Positions 17,880 to 32,353 of a DNA stretch of 64,000 nt are shown piece by piece. Under the pieces are notes generated by a model that was not told the origin of the DNA, did not search any database, and was given only the letters and a program-made list of their open reading frames with translations. The translations under genes and the position numbers were made by a program. The DNA is from Tubulanus polymorphus (Eukaryota; Animalia; Nemertea): the NCBI RefSeq assembly GCF_964204645.1, contig NC_134033.1:10424655-10488654 (forward strand), read 5' to 3'. The first letter of the stretch is position 1. Every line of letters starts with the position of its first letter.

Positions 17880-19720
17880 TTTTAGAAAACGAACAGTTTT
17901 ATAAATATTTGGGTTGCAAAAATATTTTGTGGGATGTGTCTCGTTCTTTTGTCCCTACACAAGGGGCAGATTACTAGTACATAATATTCGTTTTCATCAA
18001 CATTTAGATCACAGTATTGGCATATTCTTTCATGATAGGGCAAGACAGGACGTAGCAAACGACAAGATTGAACACGAAAATTATGATTGGAGCACCTAAA
18101 TCTGGCCACTGATATCCGGATGTGTTTTCTTAAATTTGGATACGGCTCGTACATAATTGATGATTTAAAACTTCGACAAAATTTGGCTTAAATTGGAATT
18201 ATTTAACCAGTTATGCCTGGGTAAATTGATCTTTGAGTCGCTGCTCAATAGAGCCGAAAAACCATTTTTCATTTTCTATACTCTGGTCATGCCATATCTG
18301 TCCATAGCCTAGGTTATTTAATAGATCGCGTGCGTACCCGTGGGTGACTGTATATATCAGCAAGCATAACTTCATATAACTTTCGCGTAAGCTTGTTTGG
18401 CTTGGATTTTAGTACCTTGGCCAATACTTTAGAATCTCCACCTTATTCTGGATAATTAAGGGGAAAATACCGAGCTCACCATAGACAAAACGGTCAGGGG
18501 TAGTTTGTTTTAACCCTATGATAGATTTGTAAAACTTCATCACAATTCTCTCTAACTTCAATTGTTTTTTAAACCCCATATTTCACGCCTATAACTCAGG
18601 ACTGATACAACTAGACTATTGAAAAATTTTAATAACAATTCCGAGTTCATGAGTGGGAAATGCTGTGAGTGCTTCAGAAAAGCATGGTAAGCTGCACCTC
18701 CTTTTTCGGCTTAAGTGTCAACAGCAGCATTGTACTTTCCATTAAAATTAAACATAAGACCTAAATACTTGAACCTATTAACGCATTCAATGGCACGCCC
18801 GTTTATGTAGAAAATTGGGACCCTTACTGGCAGTTTTACGGAAAATGATGATTTTAGTCTCATCATAATTTATCTGCTTTCACAATAGTCAGATACATTA
18901 TTAAGTGCTACCTGCAGACTTGCCTCTGTTTCGCCTAGTATGACAGTATCGTCTGCGTAGAGAAGTATCATTACTTTTAACAAACCTAAATCAACACCGT
19001 CATAGTTATTTGATCTAATACATTCCTCCATATCATTTATAAATAGAGTAAATAATAAAGGCGAGAGACATTCGCCTTGGCGAACTCCTTTGTTACATTG
19101 AAAATGATCAGAGTACGAGTTATTCGACTTAACACATGATTTAGCAAAGGAATACATAGATTTGATGATACGTAGACGCTTTCCCTCAATTACATTAGAC
19201 ACGAGTTGTTGGAGCAGTTTTTTTCGGTCGACAAGGTCAGATGCTTTTGAGAAATCCAGAAAGGCTGCAAAAAGCTTCCGATGTTTAATATAGACAATAT
19301 GGTTTATAACAGCATTTAGTACAAAAAATCTGCCGAAAACCGGCCTGTGATTCACCTATGATAGAAACCACACCATGACGATAATCTGTCATTCATGGTT
19401 GATGGATGGTAGAGAATAGTTTTCCAAAAACAGATAAAATAGATATTCCCCTATAATTATTGGCTACGTTTCGTGGCCCACTTTAATGTATGGGCACTAT
19501 ATATCTTTGACTCCATGCCTCCGGGTAAAAGCCGCTATCTGAAATAATATTGAATAAAATTGTTATTTGCTGAATAATCGTTTGCCCTCCGGCAATGAAA
19601 ACTTCTCCTTTTAGTCCATCGACCCCAGCAGATTTATTTCTCTTCAACATCTTCATGGCACGTAAGACTTCATTTTGCCCAATAGCCATATCTAGAGCGT
19701 GATTAATTTCTGGTTCTTCG
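17880..19720 (-). pseudogene. Decayed non-LTR retrotransposon (LINE) ORF2 fragment
   Basis: LKRNKSAGVDG, FLDFSKA, GVRQGECLSPLLF, LLYADD and a C-terminal RICQYC..CPL; many stops and frameshifts. Confidence 0.85.
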
Positions 19721-19793
19721 TGGCGTTCAATTCGACTAGCTATTGTCAAGGATATCGAAATTTGAAGCATACAATGATCAGTAAAAGGCAATA

Positions 19794-20611
19794 CGGGATA
19801 TCGACAAATTCAAGTTCTTGAATTACTCGTTTGATGGCGCTAGTCAGAACCGGAAATTGGAACCTAAATCCGCCATGCTCTAGTTCATTTGCAATGAAAA
19901 TCTCTCGCTTCAAGTTTTTAACGAGCGATATTTTACTTACTATATATCGTCACGCATAATCCTTTAAATATGATATCCTACCGCTACGTTGGATATGATA
20001 AAACCTCACTGCAAAGGCTAGAAATCACTATAAGTGTCCTAAAATTATCAAAAAACATTTTGCAACTGCTGACGATGTAAGGACTGGTTGCCAGGTATCA
20101 CATGGTGGCAGCACTTGACGGCCCAATTTTGATTGTTGGTTTGAGGCCTGGTACTTTTCATATTTTTATTATGAATCTACGAGTTTAGTCCTTCTAAAAT
20201 CAATTTCATTTCATAATATTATTTCATATTTATCAGTGTAGCCTGCAATAAATTTACCTTAAGAGTCTTAAACTCAACAACAAAGTGTTGACACCCGGCA
20301 CCTGTCATTACTTCCGTTAGCTGCTTGGAGCGTCATCGCTAAATTTGTGATTTTTGGTAGTTTTTTTACATTTCTAGTGATCTTTAGCGTTCGAATTGAG
20401 GTTTTATCGAATTCAACACATTGTCAGGGTATCATACTCAAAGGATTATGCGTGCCGTTGTATAGTAAGTAAAATATCGCTAACCAAAAACTTGAAGCGA
20501 GAGATTTTTATTGCAAATGAACTAGAACATGGCGGATTTAGGTTCCAAGTTCCGGTTCTGACTAGCGCCATCAAACGAGTAATTCAAGAACTTGAATTTG
20601 TCGATATCCCG
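19794..20611. mobile_element. Non-autonomous DNA transposon with ~240-bp inverted termini and TA flanks (Tc1/mariner-like)
   Basis: ta|cgggatatcgacaaattcaagttcttgaattactcg... mirrored by ...cgagtaattcaagaacttgaatttgtcgatatcccg|ta. Confidence 0.8.
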
Positions 20612-21396
20612 TATTCATCAGAGATATTAAAACATGACAGTGAGTCGACCAAGTGATAATCTACTAGTGCATAATCGACAACGCTATGGCCCCGAGGTTG
20701 GTGGCATGTAGAGTAACTGATGTTTGAATGCCAAAATAAATGCCTGGTCGAATAAATCTATATTTGTTGATTGTATGTCCACGTATGTTCGGTTTCAAAG
20801 CTGAATCACATTTGACGTTTACACATTGGTTGCATATTAGGTTCGAATCTGTCAATGCATTTTATTCTATGTAACAGTATTTCAATTAACTACGATTCTC
20901 ATCGTCCTAGTGAATGGCTTTGCAGAAAACCGTCATCGCTGCTTTGCAGCTATATTTTGATATCCATGTTCTGATAAAACATCTATGTTTTCTATCGGTA
21001 GGCGTCGATTTTCAAGTGTAATCACGAGACAATGTGACGTCATAGTGATCTGACGTTCTCCGTCCTGTAGAACATAACCGTCACAGTCAGTAGGAACAAA
21101 CATTAAGAAACCTTGTTTTCTTTTCACTATTATATCATGCCAGTTGTAAGCGTATATGTTACTACAGTAACCGGTCCTCCTGATGTTACCAGACTAACAA
21201 CTGAACGACCATAATTTCCCACACCAGCAGGACAATACGGACCATAGCGTTTGACGTTTGCACCCTTTGATTAGTGCGCTGAAAAAGAATATCAGCGAAA
21301 ATCCCAAGTATCCCAAGTATAGTTGAATGAAGCCTTTTTATCCTCCGTGTCCACTGTAGATATTCGAAGAAGTCCCACAATTCGAATGGATCATTC

Positions 21397-21525
21397 CACT
21401 TGATTATGGCTGTTGGTCAACAGCCGAAACGTTGTGGTTCCACCTGATTATGGCTGTTAGTCAACAGTCGAAACGTTGTGGTTCCACCTGATTCTGTTAG
21501 TCAACAGTCGAAACGTTGTGGTTTC
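21397..21525 (+). ncRNA. Three tandem degenerate minimal hammerhead motifs (family B)
   Basis: ccac-CUGAUUA-uggcuguuagucaacaguc-GAAA-CGUU-gugg repeated with a ~40-45 nt period. Confidence 0.5.
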
Positions 21526-21588
21526 GTTTTAATAGATTATATCTTTTAGAAATTCCAATTGTGGGACTTCGTCGATTATCAGTGGTAG

Positions 21589-21761
21589 TATACATTGTAC
21601 GTAACTATTATATATAGAAAATAGTTATGATAGTAAACAAGCATGAACTTCTGCAACTAGTGCTTCTATCATCAGTATACATTGTACGTAACTATTATAT
21701 ATAGAAAATAGTTATGATAGTAAACAAGCATGAACTTCTGCAACTAGTGCTTCTATCATCA
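21589..21761. repeat. Tandem duplication of ~85 bp
   Basis: tatacattgtacgtaactatta...gcttctatcatca occurs twice. Confidence 0.85.
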
Positions 21762-22138
21762 AATGAGTAAACAGGTAGTAATATGTAGGTTAAGTGATTT
21801 TATTAGAAATTACAAGCTTTCGCTGCTAGTGCACACAATAGCTTCATCATGCGTCATTTTCCTTGAAGCTTTACTCATTGCATTATGAACTAAAGCTTGC
21901 AATTTCTAGTCAAATGAAGCTAGCCTTCGCAGTACTATTTGTCTTCAGGATTACTGATTTCACACCATAGAGGTCAACACGGTTCATTTACAAATCGCTC
22001 CTCGTCAAACTCATCTGAGTTCGTGCATTTTTCAGATCAAAGAACAGAAACCAGACAAAAAGATGCTTCTTTATTTAGAATTTTATAGAATATATTTTAT
22101 TTTGCTCTAACGAAATTCGCAATAATACAATCGAGATT

Positions 22139-25100
22139 TTAGTTATTGGCGATTTTCTCATTGATCCAATCAACGAATTTGATGACGTTTGTATAAACTC
22201 CTGGTTTACCCCGCTGGGCGCAACCGTAGCCCCAGGAGACGACCCCCTTCAGCTCATAGCGTCCGTTCACTTCGCACACGTATGGTCCGCCGCTATCACC
22301 CTACAAAATCATTAACACGAAAAACTACGTGATCGTCTGCTAAAATCGGTTAAAAACAAGGGAACTAATTTTCGAATTTATTGGACGCCTTGTAAAATGA
22401 CATATATAAATATAACACAAAATATAATTTCAACCAAAATTCATTCCTGGAAATATATGAGAATTCATTAAATAGAAAATGAAATTTGATTAATTAGAAA
22501 ATAAACGCCAAAATATGTATGCATATTTTTCGACCTCGATATTAATGTCGGCACACCGACGGACACACTTCACCTCAGAAAACGCATAGTAGTTACTATT
22601 GTATTAAATGGATTATCATTGTGTTTTACGGCGGCAAAAATAGAGCAGCACCAGCTTCACTCACCTGACAGGAATCGTGACCTCCAGCTACATAACCTCC
22701 ACATATCATATATTCAGTGATACGTCCGTAGTTGTACCTGTTGCATTTATCTCTGGCTATAACTGGTAATAAAGCCTGTTTCAAATTACCGTGATTACTC
22801 GTTCCTAGAAAATTAGACAGTTTATAAATAAAATCGGTTAAGATTATTGAAAATTTTTTGCTTTATGGATGTGATACAGTTTGATATTTAGCAAAATTAT
22901 TGAGAATTTAGCTTTCATCAAATACAGTTTGATATTCAACCAAAATTATTGAGTATCGAGCTTCCATCAAATGAAGTTTCACATTTAACTGAAATTTTGA
23001 GTATTGATTCCGAAACATCATGTATTGTAATTTTAGATTTTGATTGCTGATGAATACATTTCGTTTTCATGTTGAGGGTTTTACCTTTCGTAGATCCCCA
23101 GCCGGTAGCGTAACATTTCTGTCCGTCGTACACGTCCGACGATGGTAAACAAGCAGGCCAAACTCGATCAGTCAGTTTTGCCGGCCGTTCCAGTTTCAAT
23201 AAAGTGATGTCTCGATTCGTTCGACTTTTGTCGTAAAGTTCATGGGCGAAAACCTTGGCCACTTGAATTACTTGTCTGTCCGATTCGCGGCGTGTATGCA
23301 TGCCTAAACCGACTTGATAGTATTTCGGGTTAGCGCCGCTAAAATGTAAGAATTCATGAAATAACAACAGGGATAGAAAAGCTACCCTTATAGGTCATCC
23401 AAAAACGATGTCGTGTTTCCCATTGCAATTGTTTCTCAAAGGCGACGAGGGAGGCATATTATTATAATAAACCTTGAAATGAAATATTTAGAGGAGGATT
23501 AAAGGAGATCGTCAGCGAGTCAGCTTTTTATTTTTGTTAACCCACTAAGGTATAAAATGCAGTTAAGATGGTATGAAGGATCGAAGTCACCACATACCAG
23601 AACAGATGGTAGTTGATATTTTAGTAAAGTAAAGTTTGCAGTTTCCAGCCCGATAAACACGTATTTCGATCACCTGATTTATTTGATAACATTTTCTCGT
23701 ATCTCCAAGCAAAATAAGGAAATAGATGATACGAACACAAATTTATTGATACGGGCGAGAGTATTCTATTAACTAGCATGAATTCTCACACTAAGACGCG
23801 GTAGTACTCATTGTATTTTTTTTACCCGATTTTCGTCAGTGGTTTTTCCGACGCACGCAGTGATGAGAAACACACGGTTTCATTTTTGAATGGCCTAATT
23901 TCACGATTAATTCGTTTAGTGCGTATTTATTTTTGCTAATTTTGTCGCTATGAAAATGTGTTTAATGTGGCGAAAAGTAATGTTTCGAGAAGGTATAAAA
24001 ATACCCTCGGTCCCCTTTCTAGCCCCATCTCTCACCTCCTCTCTCTCTCTTCCTCGTATCTCCTTCTCTTTCCCTACCCTGCCATCCTCATCTTTATTGT
24101 CCTCTTTCCCCTCCCTCTCTACGTCTCTATTTTCCTTCCTTCTCTCACTATGCCTCTCTCCCCCAGACACTAGTACAACTTACATGCCGATGCAATGAGC
24201 AGCGGTCACTACCCATTGAGGATGAATGAGAGTTCCTCCACAACCTACTCCATACATACGAACCATCCAAGGCCAACTGCCCGGTCGAGCTTCCCTGCCA
24301 CCGACAATTCGAAATCCGTCTAAACCATTTCCTAGAAACGGTTTGATCTTCTGCACGCCGCATTTACCGTTCCCGGGAATAATCGGTTCGTTCGTTATCG
24401 GAGCAGGAGTTGTAGCTGATAATAGAGAGAGGTAGATTTGAGTTTTTTAGACTCAAAAATGTATACAAATTTAAAATTTACTAAAATAGATTGTACCCGT
24501 TCTATGAATACAACTCGTTGTATGTATTTCATTAAACTTGACGCTGATTTCTGCAGAGAGAGTTCGTGCTTTATTCTAATTCTCGATTTTAATTCTTGAG
24601 AGAATTTCATTTCAATTTGAATCCTTGAAATCTATTTGATTTAATTCAATTCCATTAGAAGATCGCACAATAGACATGATACCAGTGCCTTGCAATTAGT
24701 AAAGGTTCCTATTATTTCACTTACTTAGGTCCGGTCCTCCTACAAACTGGTATTTGATACGGAAGCCCTTTGCGTTGGAACGTTTGGCTGTTACTGCCAG
24801 GTAAACGTCTCTGGCGTCTTTGATGCGCATTGTCGGTCCTTTATCGCCACAATAATACATATATCGGGACCAGGAACCTGAAAGCTTCTTATAGGTTATT
24901 TTCAATACATCATCGTTCATACGGCAACTGAAACAAAATAACAATGTTTATATCAATAAAATAAGTTGGATGAGTTGTGTTAAACCTAAATTAGTTCCTT
25001 TCCTTTTAATCAGAAATGCTTCCAAATTTAATTAAATTAGTTCATCAACTTTGAACTGGATTTTTCCACCTCCCAATCCATATATTATCATAACACCCAC

Positions 25101-28100
25101 AAAATATACAATATTATCCTTCTTCTACTCAAATATGAGTATGGTTTTCATAAATAATTGATTCATTTAAGAGAAAAGTTCATTCATTTTTAATTGAAAT
25201 GTAGAAGAAATTGGATGCGGACGACCAACCATCTACTAGCGAACCTTGCGGATCCTCGCCTGCCATACGTGGAATCCTCGATTGTCACAGTAGCACTGCG
25301 GGTCCCCATAATTGTCAACACGGTTCGTAAATGATAAACACTACGTTGTTTTAAGTGGCCCTCGATATCCCAGATGGGGAGGGCCACGTGTCCTACTCAC
25401 TCGTAAGATGCATATTGTTTCGGTATATCAAATTCTTTCGTTTCGATGACGACGTCATATCCGCTCGGCACGTTCAGCCACCAGTTACATCCTCCGCTTG
25501 GTAAATTTACCCTGCCGTAGTTTCTATGTGAGTCGATGGTGGCGCTGTGTTGGCTGAGAGATTTGCCACATTCAAAATACTCTGTACGTTCAAACGTAAA
25601 AAAACGTGATTATTTACAAAAATCTTAAGCATTTGATTCAAATATTCTATCTAAATCGTCATTGGGTCCGAGTTGTTAGATTGACTATAGAATTGCCGGT
25701 TTTAATTATTATTATTTATTTTTCCATTTTGAATTATAATAATCGTACAAAGTAATACAAATACAAAAATTCAAGATGGAGGGACTAATGAAGAAACCTG
25801 TTAAGGTTTATATGATATTCATGCCACCCTCGTACACCCAATCACACTCTCTTTCACACTACATTCACACTGAAAATATTTAAGTGCCAGATGGCAGAGA
25901 CTGGCAAGGTTATCGAAACATTAATTGAGAAGATACTGTTTGAGAGCACGTTTAAAAACTGGAGGGGATACTGATCCAATGATCTTCAGTGAGTAAGGTA
26001 AGTTATTCCAAGTTAAAGGGGCTGATACTTTTAATGAAAATTTCTTTCGATTGGTACTAAATTGTTCTACTTTGAATGCATGACGGTTTCGAGTATGATG
26101 ATGGTGAAAGTCGGAATTTAATGAAAAATAATCTGAAAACGAGTTAGGCAGTAGTGAATTCTTATATTTAAATATGAAAAAGCACAATTGAAATTTCGTC
26201 ATTGCTCGAAAAGTAAGGATACCTAAGTTTTTGAAGATGGGGGCTGTATGGTCAAAGAAGGTAACCTTCGATATTACCCTGATCGCACGCTTTTGAAGTA
26301 GGATTATTGGCCTGATTCTCGATTCGTAGTTATTGCCCCAGATAAAATTGCAGTATTGGAGATACGGGTAAACAAAACTATAGTATAAGGTTTTCATCAC
26401 TAAAACTGGCAATCGTCTTTTAACTCTATTCAAAACACCAATACTACGTGAGATCTTTTTACAGACAAATGATTTGTGGTCAGACCACGTCAGTTTACTA
26501 TCAATATATAAACCAAGAAATTTTGTGGAATGAACTTGCTTTATTGGGACATAACATTTTTCAAGGTTAAGAGACAATTTATTAACTTGAAACCACATTC
26601 GAAGTTTGATGAGTTCATTGTTTATCAGTTGGAATATCTTCTTATGATCTTTTGAATAAGCGAAGCATGTTGTGTCATCTGCAAAAAGGGTGAAGTCAAG
26701 AATTTTTGAAGCATTGACACAATCATTTATGAATAATAGATATAAAAGAGGACCGAGAATAGAACCTTGGGGAACTCCGATAGTTATACCCCTTCTTGAC
26801 GAGTTAATACCATTAAAACAAACAATTTGACTACGATCAGACAGGTAACTTTCGAACCATTTGAGAGGTAAACCCCGAATACCATAGTGATCTAATTTAC
26901 CGAGCAGAATTGTGTGGTTGACCGTGTCGAATGCCTTCTTTAGGTCTAAGAAAATGCCTATGGCTGAATATTTTCTATCGAGGTATGATGTTAGGGTGTC
27001 TGTTACTTTGGCAAGAGCAAGTGCTGTGGAATGATTTGATCGAAAACCGAATTGATTTGAAGAAATAACGTTATGTTTATTGAGAAAGGAGGATAATCTG
27101 TTAAAGACCAGCTTTTCTAAAATCTTTGAAAATACCGGAAGAATAGAGATTGGACGATAATTATTGAAATTTTCAGAATCTCCTGATTTAAATAACGGGT
27201 AAACTTTGGCTTGTTTCATGTCAAACGGAACAATACCATTATAGAAGCTACAATTAAATATATGCGATAAAGGAGCATTTATTAGATCTATTGTGTCTTT
27301 AAGTAAAGATGTACTAATACCATCCAACCCTGCACTTTTTTCGGATAAAAATTTCTAACTATAGATTCAATTTCACAAGGATTAGTAGGAAACATAAAGA
27401 AATTTTCGTTAGTACGATTTTTCAGATAATATGTGTAGTTGTGACCAGGGAAATCAGGTATAGTCTCAGAAATTTGTGAGCCTATTTTAGAAAAGAAATC
27501 GTTAAACCCACACGCAATGCGATAGTCGCCTTTGAATTCCTGGTTATTTTGTTTAAGAACACTAGGTAAAATAGGAGAAGATGATTTACGAAGTATCTGG
27601 TTAATAAGTTTCCATTTAAGTTTCATATCAGTACCTATATCGGTAAACTTTTGAGAATAATAATCAGATTCAGCTTTTCTTAAGATTTTAGTAAGAATGT
27701 TTTTATAAGAATTGTAACTATTCTTGACATCCACGGATGTAGAACGAATTGATTTCTTATAAAGTCGGTTTTTGTGCTTAATGGAGTTAAATATCGCTGG
27801 AGTAATCCACGGCTTCTCAAGGCGTTGTCTATCATTTAGTTGGGTCGGGAGAAGGGGGAAAGCTTCATTAAACGCAAGATTAATTTTATTTGAAAAATTA
27901 TGGTAGGACTGATCAACTTCTGAGCATGAATAAATATCATTCCAATCAGTGCTTAATATGAGTCTACGATACTTGGATATATTTTTAGCACAGTAAAAAC
28001 GCTTCATATTTTGTCTGTTATTTGAACAATTTAAAATCTTCTTGCACATTGTAAAAACAGGATAATGATCCGATAAATCAGTACAAATAATCCCGGAGGT

Positions 28101-29919
28101 ATGATTAACATTTAAATCATTAGTAAAGATATTATCAATAACAGTGGATGTGTTCGTGGTTACTCTGGTAGGCTTATCAATCAATGGAAAAAAAGATGAT
28201 GAAACCAGAGTATCCACGAACACCTCAGTATTTCTGTGCTCATCAAATTTGGATAAATCTTTATTATAGTCACCGATAAGGTAACACCGTTTGTTTTCGC
28301 GATTGATATTTACAAGTAGTTTTTCAAACTCTTCAACAAAGGGATCGAGCCTTCCTCCTGGGGGTCTATAAATTACTCCCATAATGATATTGGAGCGTTT
28401 GCCCATATCAATCTCGATAAAAAGAGATTCGAATGTAAGAGAACTTGGTGCGATATCGTTGCAGGTTTTATATTTCAATGAGTTCTTGATATAAAGAGCT
28501 ACACTCCACCACCCTGGGTTTCGATCCTGGAATTGAATTCGCTTGAATAACCAGGGATATTATACATTATACTATTATCATGGTCATCATTTGTCCATGT
28601 CTCTGTGAATCCTAGAACAGAAAATTTATCGGCCGAATAGTAGAGAAAATCCGTTATTTTATCAAAATTTGAATTGAAACTCCTGGCATTATGTGAAAAA
28701 AAAGATAAATTATCTCCACTTGAGAGTAATTCATTTTCGTCGTAATAACGACAGGTATTATTGCCTGATATATCAACCATAGAATAAATGTTCTAGTCGA
28801 GTGAACACATTAATGTCAACATTGACCCGAGTCGGGACACTCTTTCAAGAGTCTTATTCATCATCGCCATCTGATTCCACATTTGGTTTTTTCGCTAATT
28901 TTTCCGCACTGGGTGGAGAGGTCACCGATCTATTCTTTCTTTTGTTATTTGATGGCGTAGACGTAATGTCAGGTTTAAGAACAGATTCAAAGTTACTGGA
29001 AAGTGCCGACTTTCCTAAATCATTAAGATGCACCCCGCGACTATCACTGACGTTGTAATACCTATCTCGAATGTTGCCTGTAGGTTTGATGATCACATCA
29101 TTATTTATATAAATCATATTTTTGCTTAACACAAAACGCCTCCATATATCTATTTACGAAACCAACCGCTGCATTATACTCTTTTACGGTAGGAGATGAC
29201 CCCTTTTTAGGTATAATGCTTGATACGCAAATTTTCGATTTCGGGAAATGCTCCTGAACTTTCGCTAACCCAATGGTGAAGTTCATTTTAACACTGTCAA
29301 CATCGGATCTATGACGATTAATGTCGTTAGTTCCGAGATGGACCACGACACTTTCAACAGAATCGGGATGGGCAATATTTGAGCTAACTTTCGAGAGTAG
29401 TTGGTCGATGTATTCAACAGTTGCTCCTGACTGATGAATTACTTTTCCATCGGGGTATTTAAAATCCCGCATGTTTGAGTCTCCAAGAATGACAATTTTC
29501 GTGCCGGATGGTTGATCAATTGGCTGGTCAATTGAGTGGTCGATTTTAGTACTGTTCGAGCCATGACCTTCCCATGTTCAAAGAAAGGCCACTGTCGGAC
29601 CCAAATCATCCACGACGGTGGAAATAAAATGATATGATATGATATGAATTGCTTAAGAATCCAGTTCCAAACTCTTGAACTTTGGAACTGGATCAACGGT
29701 GGAACTAAATCCAGAACTTACAGTTCTGGGTCCAGTTCCACAGTAATGAGTTAGAGTTAACTCTGGGTTAAAAAGTCAATTCATTTTCAATGAGTTAACT
29801 CTGAGTCAAAATTAATTCACAACTGTGGAACTGGATCCTGCAGCGATTAGAGTTATAAACTTACCGGCGGCTGATTGACGCAACAATGCAACCAGAAAGA
29901 CAACAATCAACTTCGTCAT
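22139..29919 (-). CDS. Secreted CUB-domain trypsin-like (S1) serine protease, 7 exons, 408 aa
   Basis: Exons 29919-29865, 25581-25401, 24927-24725, 24415-24184, 23338-23085, 22804-22665, 22300-22139 with consistent phases and GT-AG junctions. Signal peptide, CUB, R|IVGG, TAAHC, DITLL, DSCQGDSGGP; S1 Asp suggests trypsin specificity. Confidence 0.92.
25700..29560 (-). mobile_element. Near-complete CR1/L2-type LINE in intron 1 of the protease gene (frameshifted)
   Basis: ORF1 SGNH esterase ([21 protein letters not shown]), APE endonuclease (GFTETW, YRPP, GDYN, IDNIF, SDHYP), RT ([26 protein letters not shown]) and an AT-rich 3' tail. Confidence 0.93.
29729..29837. mobile_element. Short MITE with GGRTCCAGTTCCACAG termini and CTG flanks; relatives at ~41540-41638 and ~49705-49807
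   Basis: ctg|ggtccagttccacag...ctgtggaactggatc|ctg. Confidence 0.65.
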
Positions 29920-31888
29920 TGCGTGCAGTATCTATGGAGACTGTAGCACTGACCTCGGCAATGACCACTGGCCATTTTATACAGTCTGGACACAGGCTTA
30001 CCGATAATGTATCAGTCAGGAACACGATAAGTCAGAGATTAGTAACTCACTAATGATAAGAACATTGAGAGTTACATCTATTATAACTGATAATGATTGA
30101 TTACAGCGAGTTAGCATCGAGGTGAGGTCACATCGCTTCCGCCGCTGCCGGAGTGGACCACGTGACACCCGGCTTGTCACCAGATGGAAATAACTCATAG
30201 CGTCATGGTTTAGTACAGCTTAATTCAAAGTATATTGTTAGAAAATCGAATAAACCATTTGACAACTGGAATTGTGTTAGGTTTCGGTGGTTTCTTTTTT
30301 ATAGTTTGTGACGCGTCTTTTTACCGGCTGGGCGGCTCCGCCCACCGGGTGATATTCAGAAGACCCAGGAAACCAAAAACAATTTAACAGTTTTCCTCTT
30401 GCGTCCCGCTTTCATCTAACGATAGCGCAGAAAACGAATAGATTCTGTCAGTCCATTCTCGGCATACGTGTCAAAACTGAACGTGGTAAGTACACCCGAT
30501 TGATAGATTGACGGGCAGTAATATATTGGTTGACAGTCATGTCAAAAAATAATCATAACTCCCTTCCTTGTTTATCAAGCTATGCTAGAATCCTACATGT
30601 ATGAACATAGAAATATCATAAACTCAATTGTCTGCTATTCACACGCCGGCTTAAATATTTGGGATACTCTCAATTATTCGACAACAATGGCCGGTCCCAT
30701 AATATCGTACGTGCTACCCAATCAATTCAATTCTCTTTACAGGCCGACTTCAGAAAATATAAGAAAGGTGAAATATCGGATTCAAATCATAGCAGATATA
30801 CCCTACAACAAATATAAGACTGATTTTAAACTAGAAAAATATCTTTGCATCTCTAATAATTTTTACAGCAGGTCAGGCAATGGAAGTTAAGAAATACGGT
30901 GATCTTACCGGCACCCCGCCTACCACCAGGTTTTCTCTATCTACATATCTATACGTACAAATACATAGTAAAAACACCCCCGATATACCGCCATACTATC
31001 TATGCCGCCAAAATCGTTCTGCACCGATGTGGGCGGTATATCGGGGGTTGCCTGAAGTTCTCAAAGGGCGGGAAAACCTGATACGAAACCTACATGAAAA
31101 CCGCGTAACGCTATAGAGGACGAGGTGCCGTACATTTCATATTTAACTACACTGAAATTTGATATATAGTAAGACATACATTATACTTGAAAATCTTGGT
31201 ACTCAAACTTTGGTGGAAATTTTCAATTCAGACAATCCAAAAACCACAAAATTTACCAAATCTGTATGTCTCTACTGCTGTTGTGTTGATTATGAAAATT
31301 TGTCACACTCTATCATTTTCTGTAACTAATTAAGATTAGACAAAACAAAAATGATACCGGAGTACTTGTAAGTTTCTCTGCCGACAGCGGCAGGGTCATT
31401 TTTGTAAATAATGAAATTTGTAATCTGTTCCTGCCGGGTCTGTTATGATAAAATTGATCACGATTTAAAGAAAAGTAATGTACAGGACAGATAGGCGGCC
31501 GGCCGGGTCAAGTAGCTCAGCAGAGCAGAGAAACTAAGGTATCGTCAAGGTAGCCTTAATCGTGTGATGAAACATTGCCTATAGTATTCTCTTAAACGTT
31601 ACGAACCATCTAGTCTATCTTTATGATTAGTCGACAATGATGTCTTATGATGTATTATGATATCTTTATGATGTCTGTTGTTTTTTTTTTCTATATCAGT
31701 GCGTTTTTATTAGATTTGGAACACCGGATCGTACGGCATGAATGTCAGTTGTCAAAAACAGTGTTGTTTATAGAACGATAACCACACTCAAACGTGGTGA
31801 ACGGATAATAAGATAAAAACCCACTATTTACAGATTGAAAGAATTTAAAAACAAGACTTTATTTATTCAATCTAAAATATATATAAGA

Positions 31889-31928
31889 CACGACGTTTCG
31901 ATCTCACCCTAGAGATCATCGTCAGGTG
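31889..31928 (-). ncRNA. Minimal type I hammerhead ribozyme (family A), intact core
   Basis: cac-CUGACGA-u-gaucuc-uagggu-gagauc-GAAA-C-GUC-gug. Confidence 0.65.
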
Positions 31929-32353
31929 ACGACCCTGACGGATGATTGTGTTGTTTATAATTCTACACGAATTATTGGGATTCAAAAGAAATACAAAGAA
32001 AAGAAATACAAGTCACAAGCTACTGTGATATATTTTACAGCTGCGAGAAAAGTCGAACGGTTATTGTTACCGTGGCACGGGTTTCATTACTACGGCAAGA
32101 CAGTTTACGACTGGCTTCTGTTCTCCTAGGAAAGAAACATTATAACACCTTGAATTGAATTGAAATTGAATTGATCGTCTTTGATTCTATTGGTTAACGG
32201 CGTTTATTAGTACGACCGATTTTGGATTTTTATTATTTTGAGATAAATATCGCGTTTCTTCGCGATTATAATCGTGATTTAAACTAAGGATTGTTCTGGT
32301 TGTGTCGAGCTTGTTGCTGTGGCGAGGATTTGAAGTGGTATACATCACGAGGG

